A stretch of 64,000 nucleotides of DNA from Rhizobium sp. F40D2 (GCF_051810745.1 NZ_JBPWQX010000004.1); one strand, 5' to 3'. Counted from the stretch's first letter, positions 28,420 to 38,219 are shown. Program-made: numbers and translations. Notes: generated from the sequence alone by a model not told the origin.

Positions 28420-28872
28420 ATGTACAAACTTACCGATTCAGTCCCCTATCTTCTCAATCGCGCCGGCGTGCGGATCGCCGAGGTGTTCGCGCAGAGAATT
28501 GCCGAAGACAATCTCAGCGTGGCGATGTACCGGGTTCTTGCCATGCTCAAGGAGCGCCGGGAGAGCACCCTGGGGGATCTCGCCGATGTCGTCTCTGTTG
28601 AGATCTCGACGCTTTCGCGCCTCGTCGGCACGCTGGCCAAGCGCAAACTGGTGTCGAGAACACGTCCGGAAGATAACGGCCGTATTGTGATCGTAAGGCT
28701 GACCCCGCAGGGCGAAGCGCTGACGGAAAGGCTCATGCCACTTGCCGTGGAGCTTGAACGCACCGCGGTTCAGGGCATGTCGGCCGAGGAGGTCGCAGCC
28801 CTCAAGAATGCGCTGCGCCGCATGCACAGCAACCTGCCGGCAATATCCGCAAAGGGAAAAGTTGCGGTCTGA
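28420..28872 (+). CDS. graR: MarR-family transcriptional regulator
   Basis: 150 aa with a winged HTH. ATG at 28420. The track merges it into the long ORF 27601..28872. Confidence 0.75.
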   Translation: MYKLTDSVPYLLNRAGVRIAEVFAQRIAEDNLSVAMYRVLAMLKERRESTLGDLADVVSVEISTLSRLVGTLAKRKLVSRTRPEDNGRIVIVRLTPQGEALTERLMPLAVELERTAVQGMSAEEVAALKNALRRMHSNLPAISAKGKVAV

Positions 28873-28876
28873 GAAG

Positions 28877-28890
28877 TTTGCAGTTGCAAA
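28877..28890. promoter_or_regulatory. palindrome TTTGCAGTTGCAAA upstream of the MFS transporter gene
   Basis: Read directly. It shares its half-sites with the 28252-28263 element. Confidence 0.45.
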
Positions 28891-29053
28891 TATTTTATTC
28901 GCAAGTATTGAATAGCGTGTCATCGTTGTCTTGACATCGTCCGCTCGCGGGTGAGTCTGGCGCTGGGAGGAACCACGCCGGCAATGATCCAGGAGGATTT
29001 GTACATGGATCGGTGCGGGCCTGCCTCTGGCAGGAGCGTACTTCCTGTACTCA

Positions 29054-30355
29054 ATGTATGGGGAGGGAAAATTGGCCATACAAGATCTCGCTATTTTCAA
29101 CGAACGGGTTCGTAGCCCGAATATCATCATCACCCTTTGCGGTCTGCTGATCCTGTTCGACGGTTATGATTTGATCGTTTACGGCGCTGTCGCGCCGGCG
29201 CTGCTCGGTGAAGCAAGCTGGGGCCTGACGCCCGGCATGGTCGGGCGGGCTGCTTCCATTACCCTGTTCGGCATGCTGCTCGGCGCTCTCGTTGCGGGGA
29301 CACTTGCCGACAGGATAGGCCGTCGCAAGGTCATCATAGGCAGCCTGTTGAGCTTCTCGATTATGATGATCGGCAGCGGTCTTGCACCGAACTTTCTCGT
29401 TTTCGAGGCAACACGCTTTCTCGCCGGTCTGGGCCTCGGCGCTCTTTTTCCGACAGTAACCGCGTTGATCATCGAGTTTTCCCCGCCGAAACGGAAGGCG
29501 ATCGCCTATTCCATTGCTCTTCTGGGTTATCTGGCCGGCGGCATCATCTCGGGTGTGCTCGGAATGTTGCTGATACAGAAATACGGATGGCGTCCATTGA
29601 TGATCATTGGCGGCGCACCCATCCTGCTTCTGCCTTTCTTCATCCGCCTCATCCCTGAGTCCCCCGAATGGCTGGCAACGAAAAACCGCCAGGCCGAAGC
29701 CAACCAGATCGCAAACCAGTACGGACTGCCCAATCCCCTAGCCAGGCCCGTTGCGGCACGCCAGGTCGGCATCCGGTCGCTGTTTTCCGAAGGTCGCCTG
29801 CTGCCGACCTTGAACGCATGGGGCATCCACTTTTGTTCCCTTCTGCTGACATTCGGCATGGTCAACTGGCTCCCGACCATTATGAACAAGATGGGCTACG
29901 ACCTCGGTTCTGCCCTGCTCTTCTCCGTAACCCTCAATCTCGGAGCCGCAGTCGGCCTGCTGATTGGCGCAAGGATTGCCGACCGTGGAAATGTCAAAAT
30001 CGTCGTGGCAGGTCTGTTTCTTCTTGGAGCCTGCTCGATCTGGTTGCTGACGCAGGTGGATCAGGGCCTCCAGGTTTACGCTCTCGTCGCACTTGCAGGT
30101 ACGGGAACGATCGGCACGCAGATCCTCGCCAACATTCTCGTTGGAAACCTCTATCCGGTCGAGATCCGCGGAACCGGCCTTGGCTTCTCGCTCGGCATCG
30201 GCCGTATCGGAGGCATGATAGGACCGGCCATCGGCGGTGCGGTTCTCGGCGCAGGCCTGGCTCCGCAGTGGAATTTCTACATCTTCGCAACGGTGGGAGC
30301 CTTGGGATGCGTCCTCGCGCTCATGACATTGCTGTATTCCAAAAAGGCTGACTGA
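29054..30355 (+). CDS. MFS aromatic-acid:H+ symporter (PcaK/BenK-like), probable gamma-resorcylate transporter (graK position)
   Basis: 433 aa with 12 TM helices. TTG at 29072 right after GGGGAGGGA is an alternative start. Confidence 0.75.
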   Translation: MYGEGKLAIQDLAIFNERVRSPNIIITLCGLLILFDGYDLIVYGAVAPALLGEASWGLTPGMVGRAASITLFGMLLGALVAGTLADRIGRRKVIIGSLLSFSIMMIGSGLAPNFLVFEATRFLAGLGLGALFPTVTALIIEFSPPKRKAIAYSIALLGYLAGGIISGVLGMLLIQKYGWRPLMIIGGAPILLLPFFIRLIPESPEWLATKNRQAEANQIANQYGLPNPLARPVAARQVGIRSLFSEGRLLPTLNAWGIHFCSLLLTFGMVNWLPTIMNKMGYDLGSALLFSVTLNLGAAVGLLIGARIADRGNVKIVVAGLFLLGACSIWLLTQVDQGLQVYALVALAGTGTIGTQILANILVGNLYPVEIRGTGLGFSLGIGRIGGMIGPAIGGAVLGAGLAPQWNFYIFATVGALGCVLALMTLLYSKKAD

Positions 30356-30363
30356 CGGCGAGA

Positions 30364-30396
30364 TTGTCGGCAGGTCTGGCATCCGAACCTGCCGAC
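30364..30396 (+). terminator. stem-loop (11-bp perfect stem TGTCGGCAGGT/ACCTGCCGACA, 11-nt loop) immediately after the transporter stop; no U-tract
   Basis: Read directly. Confidence 0.4.
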
Positions 30397-30786
30397 AACG
30401 CAAACTCTGCTGGCAAGGAAAACGTCGACGAAACAAACAGGCTGACGCGGCATAATTCAGTAGAATTGAATGCTCGAAATATCGAAATCGTTGGAAGTAC
30501 TTGCCTGATTTCCGCATCGAGTATCTTTAAACCTGTAGGGGTAATCCTTACGTCCTCCATCGTCATGTCTATCAAGGCGACACCGATGTGAGACCACTCA
30601 CGACCACGCCGCCCCTCATCGGGGACTCGGGACGCGCGGTCGTTTTCCCAGACAATGAGCAGCCCAGGCGTTCGATACACCTTTAGTGCGTCGAACGAAC
30701 AGGCGCGCCATCTCCCCCGTCTTATCAACCAACAGCAACCGGCGGCCATCGGGTGGAACGAACCCGTGCGCTCATATGAGAAAAAA

Positions 30787-32831
30787 ATGGAAACCCTGCA
30801 ATATCTGAGCCCGATGGGATGGAAGGCGATTGAAATCGCCGTCACGTTCATCGTGCTGGCAATCCTGTTCCGGTGGAGCGGCGTGATCCGCTATATCCCC
30901 AACGACAGGCTCGGCATTCTCGAAAAGCTCTGGAGTTTTCGCGGCTCCGTCGACAATGGCTTCATTGCGCTCTACGGCGAGGCCGGCTTCCAGCCGGAAG
31001 TCGTGCGCGGCGGCCTGCATTTCTTCATGCCGTTCCAGTATGCGATGCATCGCGCCAATCTCGTGACCATTCCACAGGGCAGATCGGCTATGTCTTCGCC
31101 CGTGACGGCGAGCCGCTGCCGCCGACCCAGACGCTTGCCTCGAATGTCGACGCCGATGATTTTCAGGATGTGCGCGGCTTTCTAACAAAGGGCGGCCAGA
31201 AGGGGCCGCAGCGCAAGATCCTGCGCGAAGGCACCTATGCCATCAATCTGGCGCAGTTCATCGTGCTGACCGCACAATCGACCTATGCCGTCAACCTGAA
31301 CGCGTCGGAACAAGGATTGTTTGCCGACATGTCGACGCTGATCAGCGAGCGGAATGGCTTCGAGCCGGTCGTCATTCATGACGCCGAGGACCTGATCGGC
31401 GTCGTCACCATCCATGACGGTCCGGCGCTGCCGGATGGCGAGATCATCGCACCGACCGTTGCCAACAACCCTAGGGATGCAAACTTCCACAACAACTTTC
31501 AGGATCCGGAGAAGTTTCTCAATGCCGGCGGTTATCGCGGCCGGCAATTGCAGGTGCTAGCCGACGGCAGTTATTTCCTCAACCGCATCTTCGCGACCGT
31601 CGAACTTGTGGAGAAGACGATCATCGAGGTCGGCACGGTGGGTGTCGTCGTCTCCTATACCGGCCGGCGAAGCGCGGATATCTCGGGCCAGTCCTATCGC
31701 CATGGCGAACTGGTCGAGACCGGCGCACGCGGCGTCTGGTCGACGCCGCTTTTGCCGGGCAAATATGCCTTCAACACCTATGCCGGCAATATCATCATCG
31801 TGCCGACCACCAACTTCGTGCTCAAATGGACAAAGGAACAGTTCGGCGAGCACAGGCTGGACGAGAATCTGTCCGAAGTGTCACTGATCACCAAGGATGC
31901 GTTCGAACCGGTGCTGCCGCTCTCGGTCGTCGTGCATATCGACTATATGAAGGCGCCCCTCGTCGTGCAGCGTTTCGGCGATATCAAACGGCTGGTCGAA
32001 CAGACGCTCGATCCGATGGTCTCGGCCTATTTCAAGAACATCGCCCAGACCAAGACCCTGATCGAACTGCTGCAGGAGCGCAGCGAAATCCAGCGCAAAT
32101 CCGGCGACGAAATGCGCGAGAAGTTTAACTCCTACAGCCTCGAACTGCAGGAAGTGCTGATCGGCACGCCGCGGGCCAGCAACGGCCAGAACAGCATAGA
32201 GCAGATCCTGATCCAGCTGCGCGAGCGTCAGATCGCCGTTGAAAAGGTCGAGACCTATAAATTGCAGGAGGCGGCGGCGATCCAGGAGCGTACATTGCGC
32301 GAGAAGGAAGCGCTCGCCGAACAGCAGGCCAAGATCACCACATCAGCGCTCACCATTGAGATCAGCGAGAACGAAGGCAAGGCGCAGCTCGCCCGCACCC
32401 GCCAGCAGGCGGAAACCATTCAGGTCACCGCCAAGGCAGAGGCCGAGAAAGTGCGCCTGTCAGGCCTCGGCGAGGCCGACCGGATCAAGGCCGTCGCGCT
32501 TGCCGATGCCGAACGCATCAAGGCGACCGGTTTTGCCGATGCTCAAAAGGTGCGTGCAATCGGTTTGGCAGAAGCCGAGGCCACGGAGAAGAAGGTTGCG
32601 GCCTTCGGTGGACCGGACTATCAGCTCCACTCGCAGGTGCTGATGCGTTTCGCCGAAGCGATCGAAAATGGCAGGCTGCCGCTGGTGCCGCAGATCCAGG
32701 TCGGCGGCGCCGGTGGCGAAAAGGGCGCCGCCAATGGCCTTGTGGAAATGATGCTGTCGATGCTGGTCGCCGATCGGCTTGGACGGCCGGCGTCACCGGC
32801 TGCGGTGCCGGCGCCGATCGAGCAGCAGTGA
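30787..32831 (+). pseudogene. flotillin-like SPFH/band-7 protein (YqiK-like) with a long Ala/Glu-rich coiled-coil tail; 1-nt frame slip near 31078
   Basis: The N-terminal TM helix and SPFH start (track 30655..31185) join the 30873..32831 frame if a C is added in CAGGGC|CAG, giving ...VTIPQG-QIGYVFARDG.... The C-terminal region has KA/EA repeats. Confidence 0.6.
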
Positions 32832-32839
32832 TGACGGAC

Positions 32840-32865
32840 GGGCCGGCTTTGCCGGCCCGATTTTG
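32840..32865 (+). terminator. rho-independent terminator GGGCCGGC-TTTG-CCGGCCC followed by GATTTT
   Basis: Read directly, 8 nt after the flotillin stop. Confidence 0.7.
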
Positions 32866-32978
32866 CGTATGGCGCTAGAGCATGTCGCGCAAAAGTGTGC
32901 CGCGGTTTTGCGATAACGACATGCGTAAAAACAAAGGGTTAAAGCGCTAGGACCGAATCTGAAAGATCGCGACGCGCT

Positions 32979-33260
32979 TTAATGCTTCACTCCGCTTGGT
33001 TTCACCCTGCTGGAGAATTGGTGGACGAGCATGATACCCTGCTCGAGGAGCAGCTCGGCCGCCCGCAGATCGCGCGGTGCAAGCTCCCCGGATAGTCCTC
33101 GGATCGTATTGGCGATACAGATGGAATTGGCGACGAAGCGGGCGTCGCCCTCCCCTTCGGCCTCCTCGGCGGTTGCCTCCAGGGCGTCGGCGACGGTGTC
33201 GAGCAGGCTTGACCGCTCGACCAGCGTCATGTCGTTCAGGGTTTTCGATATGCCGTTCAT
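32979..33260 (-). CDS. hypothetical acidic small protein (~93 aa)
   Basis: ATG at 33260 (MNGISKTLNDMTLVERSSLLDTVADALEATAEEAEGEGD...). The track ORF extends to 33422. No recognisable family. Confidence 0.3.
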   Translation of the reverse strand: MNGISKTLNDMTLVERSSLLDTVADALEATAEEAEGEGDARFVANSICIANTIRGLSGELAPRDLRAAELLLEQGIMLVHQFSSRVKPSGVKH

Positions 33261-33432
33261 GATTGTCTCCTCGCGCGTGCCCAAGACGGGTCGCAGCGCC
33301 GGTTGTCTCGATTGAGTGAGGCGGCTGTGACTGTCAGATGGAGATGGAAGTCTGCAGAAGCAACGCATGGCTGCCGCGCGCTCACGCATGCGTGCAGCGA
33401 AACGGGCGGCCCAAGCAATCATTTCGCGCCGA

Positions 33433-33897
33433 TCATTCCTGATGCTTCAGGAGGTCGGCAAGCATCGCTCGCTGCCCTTTCAACAGCTTCGTTGTCGCCT
33501 CGGCCAGGGAAAACCATCCCGCGCGGTCAACCTCCGGAAAGCTCTTCATCTGGCCTGATCTGGGCGGCCATTCCATTTGAAATTCAGAGCTTCGTATTGC
33601 GTTCACGTCCAATGCCGGATCGGCTTCGATCGACCACGCGACGACGATCTTGCCGCCAGGCTGTCGATATTCGCCGAGCGGCGTCACTCTGCCGTCGATG
33701 GCGACTCCCAGCTCTTCGGCTGCCTCCCTCATTGCCGCCGCGAGTTCATCCTCTTCTGGCTCGACCAATCCCTTCGGGATCGACCAGACAGCCTCGTCCT
33801 TCCCAGCCCAGAAGGGGCCACCCGGATGAACGAGAAGGACTTCGAGGTCGTTGGATACGCGCCGATAGATGAGAAGTCCGGCGCTCCGAACTGCCAT
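33433..33897 (-). CDS. NUDIX hydrolase
   Basis: NUDIX box GG(x5)E(x7)REAAEELG(V) is present. 154 aa. Confidence 0.75.
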   Translation of the reverse strand: MAVRSAGLLIYRRVSNDLEVLLVHPGGPFWAGKDEAVWSIPKGLVEPEEDELAAAMREAAEELGVAIDGRVTPLGEYRQPGGKIVVAWSIEADPALDVNAIRSSEFQMEWPPRSGQMKSFPEVDRAGWFSLAEATTKLLKGQRAMLADLLKHQE

Positions 33898-33921
33898 CGC
33901 GCTACGCCCCTGCTGCGTTCA

Positions 33922-34089
33922 TCATGAGGCCAGACATTCCTCGCAGATGCCGCAGCCGTCATCGTCCATCCATCGACACCGGCGCTTGCAGCAAAGGCAA
34001 GCACGGCCATCGGGCTGGTCGTTTGTGTCTTCCGGAGGAATGATCTCGATCGTCGTATCGAAGAGAGTGCCAACCACAAGTTCCACCAT
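33922..34089 (-). CDS. unannotated Cys-rich micro-protein (~55 aa): MVELVVGTLFDTTIEIIPPEDTNDQPDGRACLCCKRRCRWMDDDGCGICEECLAS
   Basis: Translated by hand from the reverse strand. It has 8 Cys in CxCC...C...CxxC...C spacing (a CWC/DUF1289-like pattern), and its stop lies 25 nt upstream of the NUDIX start. It is below the track's length cut-off. The competing ORFs 33959..34147(-) and 33869..34120(+) have no features. Confidence 0.35.
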   Translation of the reverse strand: MVELVVGTLFDTTIEIIPPEDTNDQPDGRACLCCKRRCRWMDDDGCGICEECLAS

Positions 34090-34224
34090 CTCGTCGCTCC
34101 ATCAAGTCTGTTTGACATGAGATAGGGGCGGTTAGCGATGTCGGCAAGTTCTTGACAAGGCCGGTGGCTCAAGTTGTGCGCTTTCACCTTGACGGCGTTT
34201 CCCGTGCCGTCGGGCGTGGCGCTT

Positions 34225-34629
34225 TCATCTGCTTGCCGTAATACGGGCGATAACCTTTATCTCGAAGTCGAAGCCGGCGAGCCAGTTGACGCCGAGCGCA
34301 GTCCAATTCGGATAAGGTGGCTTGCTGAAGATCTGCTGCTTGACGGCCATGATGGTTGCGAATTGATTTTCAGCGTCGGTGTGGAAGGTGGTGACATCGA
34401 CGATATCATCGATCGTGCAGCCGGCTGCGCTAAGCGTTGCCTGCAGGTTTTCAAAGGCCAGCCGGACCTGGCGTTCGAAATCGGGCTCGGCTGTTCCATC
34501 CGGAAGGCTCCCGACCTGTCCGGACACAAACAGCAGATCACCGGAGCGGATCGCGGCGGAATAGCCGTGCTCCTCGTAAAGAGCGTGCCTGTCAGCGGGA
34601 AAGATTGCTTCGCGTTGGGTCATCCTCAT
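34225..34629 (-). CDS. RidA/YjgF/TdcF family reactive-enamine deaminase
   Basis: About 132 aa from ATG 34623/34629, with the YjgF chorismate-mutase-like fold (SGQVG...). The track start 34689 lies upstream in-frame. Confidence 0.65.
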   Translation of the reverse strand: MRMTQREAIFPADRHALYEEHGYSAAIRSGDLLFVSGQVGSLPDGTAEPDFERQVRLAFENLQATLSAAGCTIDDIVDVTTFHTDAENQFATIMAVKQQIFSKPPYPNWTALGVNWLAGFDFEIKVIARITASR

Positions 34630-34778
34630 CTCTCTTTGTGGCTGGCAACGACCGATCAGCGCGGGGTAACGCTTCACAGGCTTGCGCAATATTTGATATA
34701 CGGTACGTATGTGTTATCCTGCATACGTGGTGTATGTCAACATCATATACGCGGCGTATGTGAATTTAAGAGGGCTGG

Positions 34779-35372
34779 ATGGCGAGAACACGCAGCGAAA
34801 CGATGCAGGAAAACCGCGTCAAGTTGATCGCGGCTGCACGAAAGGCTTTCGCGGAAAAGGGGTACGCCGCAGCATCGATGGACGAGCTGACGGCGGACGC
34901 CGGACTGACACGGGGCGCGCTTTACCACAATTTCGGCGACAAGCGCGGGCTGCTGGCAGCGGTCGTCGAGCAGATCGATATGGAAATGGCCGCGCGCGCC
35001 AAAGATATCGGGGCTCGGGCGGGTAACGATTGGCAAGGCCTACTTGCCGAGGGTGCGGCCTATATCGAGATGGCGCTCAATCCGGAAGTCCAACGCATCG
35101 TTCTGCTCGACGGGCCCGCGGTTCTTGGCGATCCCTCGCAATGGCCGAGCCAGAACACATGTCTGCAGGTGACCAAGAGCACCGTCGAGCGCCTGATCGG
35201 ACAAGGCATCCTCAAGCCGCTTGACGCGGAGGCGACGGCCCGATTGCTGAGCGGCGCAGCGCTTAATGCGGCACTCTGGATCGCCGCCAGCGAAAATCCG
35301 CAGAGCGTGCTGCCGAAAGCGGTCAAGGCCTTTCATGCCATGGCGGCAGGGCTGCTTTTGGAGCGTCTGTGA
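34779..35372 (+). CDS. TetR/AcrR-family transcriptional regulator
   Basis: HTH FAEKGYAAASMDELTADAGLTRGALYHNF. AGAGGG precedes the ATG. Confidence 0.8.
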   Translation: MARTRSETMQENRVKLIAAARKAFAEKGYAAASMDELTADAGLTRGALYHNFGDKRGLLAAVVEQIDMEMAARAKDIGARAGNDWQGLLAEGAAYIEMALNPEVQRIVLLDGPAVLGDPSQWPSQNTCLQVTKSTVERLIGQGILKPLDAEATARLLSGAALNAALWIAASENPQSVLPKAVKAFHAMAAGLLLERL

Positions 35373-35408
35373 TCCGCTGGCTGTACTGACGGCAGGGTTC
35401 GCTGCAGG

Positions 35409-36035
35409 TTAACGTCCAAGGCTGCCGGCGGCGGCGATGATCTCCGCCGCGGTCGGGAAGGCGGAGAGGCTGTTGGGTCCGTCGAGCGCCTCGATTCGTG
35501 CCCAGCCGATCGTGCCGTTCGCATTCACCAGGTAGTGCCCGACGAGCTGGGTCGCGTGGTTCTCGAAGATCGCATGATCGGCTTCGACAAGCTCGAAGCC
35601 GTCCTTGGCGTTAAGCATCGTGTTGGCTTCCATCGGGTGCAGCGGTTCCGGCAGTTCGCCGGTGGGGTTGATGCGTGCCGTCTGGAACTGCGCCATCGTT
35701 GTCCTATAGGGCCATTCTGGCTGCTCGTTGCTCTCATCGGGCAGGAACTCGGCATGCGGCACACCGTAGGCTCGGTGCGTCCGGCAATCCGGGTCACATA
35801 GAAGCGTTATCGGCGTCGGCCGGTGGCGGAAATAAAGACGGGCACGTTCCGCCGGCGTGTTGATAACGGCGACGATCGCCACCCCGGCTGCGCGCAGGGT
35901 CGGCTCTACGCTGGCAAGCTGTTCCAGCTGACGCCGGCAGAACGGGCAGTGCAGCCCGCGGAAGAACCCGATCAGGAACGGGCGGCCGCTCAAGTCGGCG
36001 AAAGAGACCGTTCCGTCGAAGTTGGCCGTGGCCAA
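35409..36035 (-). CDS. AhpC/TSA-family peroxiredoxin-like thiol-disulfide oxidoreductase with a CPFC motif
   Basis: The FxGxVSFADLSGRPFLIGFFRGLHCPFC region aligns with the BCP/PrxQ active-site region. TTG start per the track. Confidence 0.6.
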   Translation of the reverse strand: MATANFDGTVSFADLSGRPFLIGFFRGLHCPFCRRQLEQLASVEPTLRAAGVAIVAVINTPAERARLYFRHRPTPITLLCDPDCRTHRAYGVPHAEFLPDESNEQPEWPYRTTMAQFQTARINPTGELPEPLHPMEANTMLNAKDGFELVEADHAIFENHATQLVGHYLVNANGTIGWARIEALDGPNSLSAFPTAAEIIAAAGSLGR

Positions 36036-36214
36036 TGCGAGATCCGGGCGCGGTTTCTCCAGGTTGCAGCGGGCGTTTCTGGTCTCCCATGGAATAGTTC
36101 CTTTATCGTATCGTCCGGACGGACGACCGAAATTTCACTATACCACGTGTCGCAAGAAGGCCCAGTGCTCGACCGTGAAACCGCCGAATGGGTTCGGTGC
36201 GCCATTTGCGCCGG

Positions 36215-37138
36215 TCACTCCTTCACCGCCCCGGTCATCGAGGACACGTAATAATCCACGAAGAACGAGTAGAGGATGACCACCGGCAGCGAGCCGAACA
36301 GGGCGCCCGCCATCAGCGCCCCCCATTCGAAAACATCGCCGCGCACCAGCTCGGTCAGCACACCCACGGGAATGGTTTTGTTCTCCGATGACTGAATGAA
36401 GGTAAGGGCATAGATGAATTCGTTCCAGGATAGCGTGAAGGCGAAGATCCCGGCCGAAATCAGCCCCGGCACGGCGAGCGGCAGGATGATCTTGGTGAGA
36501 ATCTGCCACCTGTTGGCGCCATCAACCAGTGCGCTTTCCTCCAGCTCGAACGGGATCGAGCGGAAATAACCCATCAGCAGCCAGGTGCAGAAGGGAATGA
36601 GAAAGGTCGGGTAGGTGAAGATCAGCGCCAGCCGGGAGTCGTAGATCCCCAACTTGAAGACGATGAAGGCAAGCGGGATGAAGAGGATCGACGGCGGCAC
36701 GAGATAGGCGAGGAAGATCACCAGGCCGACCGAACGCGAGCCGGTGAAGCGGACGCGTTCGATGGCATAGGCACCCAAGACCGAAGCCACCAGCGAGAGA
36801 AAGGTGGAGCAGACCGCCACCAGCATCGTGTTCCACAGCCAGCCCGGATAGGATGTCTCGAGGAACAGGTATTTGATATGCGCCAGCGTCGGCCCCACCA
36901 CCCAGAACGGGCTGTAATTAGTATAGTCGGTAAGCTGCTCGTTGGGTTTCACCGCGGTGATCGCCATCCAGTAGAACGGGAAGAGCAGAACGAAGACGAA
37001 GACGGCCATCGGCAAATTGAGCATCACGATCCGCCGCGGCAGGCGGTTCAGATAGCTCATCCCTTCGGCATTGTCGGTCACGAGCTGATCGACGGTGTTT
37101 GCTCGATCGGCGGTGTTTGAATGTGTCGACATCGTCAT
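36215..37138 (-). CDS. carbohydrate ABC transporter permease (MalG/UgpE-like)
   Basis: ATG at ~37138 (MTMSTHS...). The track start 37255 lies upstream in-frame. EAA loop present. Confidence 0.7.
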   Translation of the reverse strand: MTMSTHSNTADRANTVDQLVTDNAEGMSYLNRLPRRIVMLNLPMAVFVFVLLFPFYWMAITAVKPNEQLTDYTNYSPFWVVGPTLAHIKYLFLETSYPGWLWNTMLVAVCSTFLSLVASVLGAYAIERVRFTGSRSVGLVIFLAYLVPPSILFIPLAFIVFKLGIYDSRLALIFTYPTFLIPFCTWLLMGYFRSIPFELEESALVDGANRWQILTKIILPLAVPGLISAGIFAFTLSWNEFIYALTFIQSSENKTIPVGVLTELVRGDVFEWGALMAGALFGSLPVVILYSFFVDYYVSSMTGAVKE

Positions 37139-37142
37139 TCTC

Positions 37143-38075
37143 CTAATCTTGGCCGCCCTGCTGCCATTTGCGCCGTTGCAGGCCGAAGAAGCTGAACATG
37201 ATTGCGCCGAGCAGGAAGGGCACCATGGCAACCGCGATGGCCGCACCCTCGCCAAGCTGGCCGCCGGGAATGCCGCGCTGGAACGAGAGCGTCGCCATCA
37301 GATGCGTCGCGTTGACGGGGCCGCCCTTGGTCAGCACGTAGATGAGCTGGAAATCCGTAAAGGTGAAAAGCACCGAGAAAGTCATCACGACGGCAATGAT
37401 CGGCGTCAGCATCGGCAGTGTCACATAGCGGAAACGCTGCCAGCTCGTGGCGCCGTCAAGCGAGGCTGCCTCCTGCAGCGACGCCGGGATCGTCTGCAGC
37501 CCCGCAAGCAGCGAGATCGCCACGAAGGGAATGCCGCGCCAGACATTGGCGACGATGACCGATATGCGCGCATTGATCGGATCGCCGAGGAAGTTGATCG
37601 GCCCGCTGATCAGCCCAAGCTTCATCAGCGACCAGGAGATGATCGAGAACTGAGAATCGTAGATCCACCAGAAGGCCAGCGCCGAAAGCACCGTCGGCAC
37701 CACCCAGGGCAGCAGGACGATGGCCCGGAAGAAGGATTTGTAGGGCAGATGCTGGTTGAGCAGCATCGCCAGCCAGAGGCCAAGCGCGAATTTCAGCACC
37801 GAGGCGACGGAGGTATAGAGAATGGTGTTGAAGACCGACAGCCAGAAGACGGAGTCATCCATCAGGAACTGGTAGTTCTCCAGCCCGATGAAGATGCCGT
37901 CGCGGCCGATCCGGGTATCGGTGAAGCCGAGCCAGACGCCGAGCCCCAGCGGGTAGGTGAGAAAGCAGACAAGGAACACCGCCGCCGGCAGCATGAACAG
38001 GAAGCCGAGCACATTGTTGTTCTGCAGGAGCGAAGAGACCGGCCCACGTCCATTCCCCGAATTTGCCATCGACAT
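37143..38075 (-). CDS. carbohydrate ABC transporter permease (MalF/UgpA-like)
   Basis: 310 aa, polytopic. Confidence 0.75.
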   Translation of the reverse strand: MSMANSGNGRGPVSSLLQNNNVLGFLFMLPAAVFLVCFLTYPLGLGVWLGFTDTRIGRDGIFIGLENYQFLMDDSVFWLSVFNTILYTSVASVLKFALGLWLAMLLNQHLPYKSFFRAIVLLPWVVPTVLSALAFWWIYDSQFSIISWSLMKLGLISGPINFLGDPINARISVIVANVWRGIPFVAISLLAGLQTIPASLQEAASLDGATSWQRFRYVTLPMLTPIIAVVMTFSVLFTFTDFQLIYVLTKGGPVNATHLMATLSFQRGIPGGQLGEGAAIAVAMVPFLLGAIMFSFFGLQRRKWQQGGQD

Positions 38076-38219
38076 TGCTTATCTCCAGATCGCGTTTTGG
38101 ATCTCCCGGAGGAGCTTGCGGCATGCCGAAAGGCCGGCACGCCGCGTACTTTTTGTTTCCATGCATGTCGTTGTCCCGGAACCGCTACCCACTTCCGGGC
38201 GACATGCATTAAGCGGGGC

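Noticed and set aside
33729-34187. 152-aa minus-strand ORF and 62-aa/83-aa ORFs overlapping the NUDIX upstream region
   Set aside because: They have no motifs and overlap the NUDIX gene or each other. The Cys-rich frame in the same region is the only one with protein-like features.
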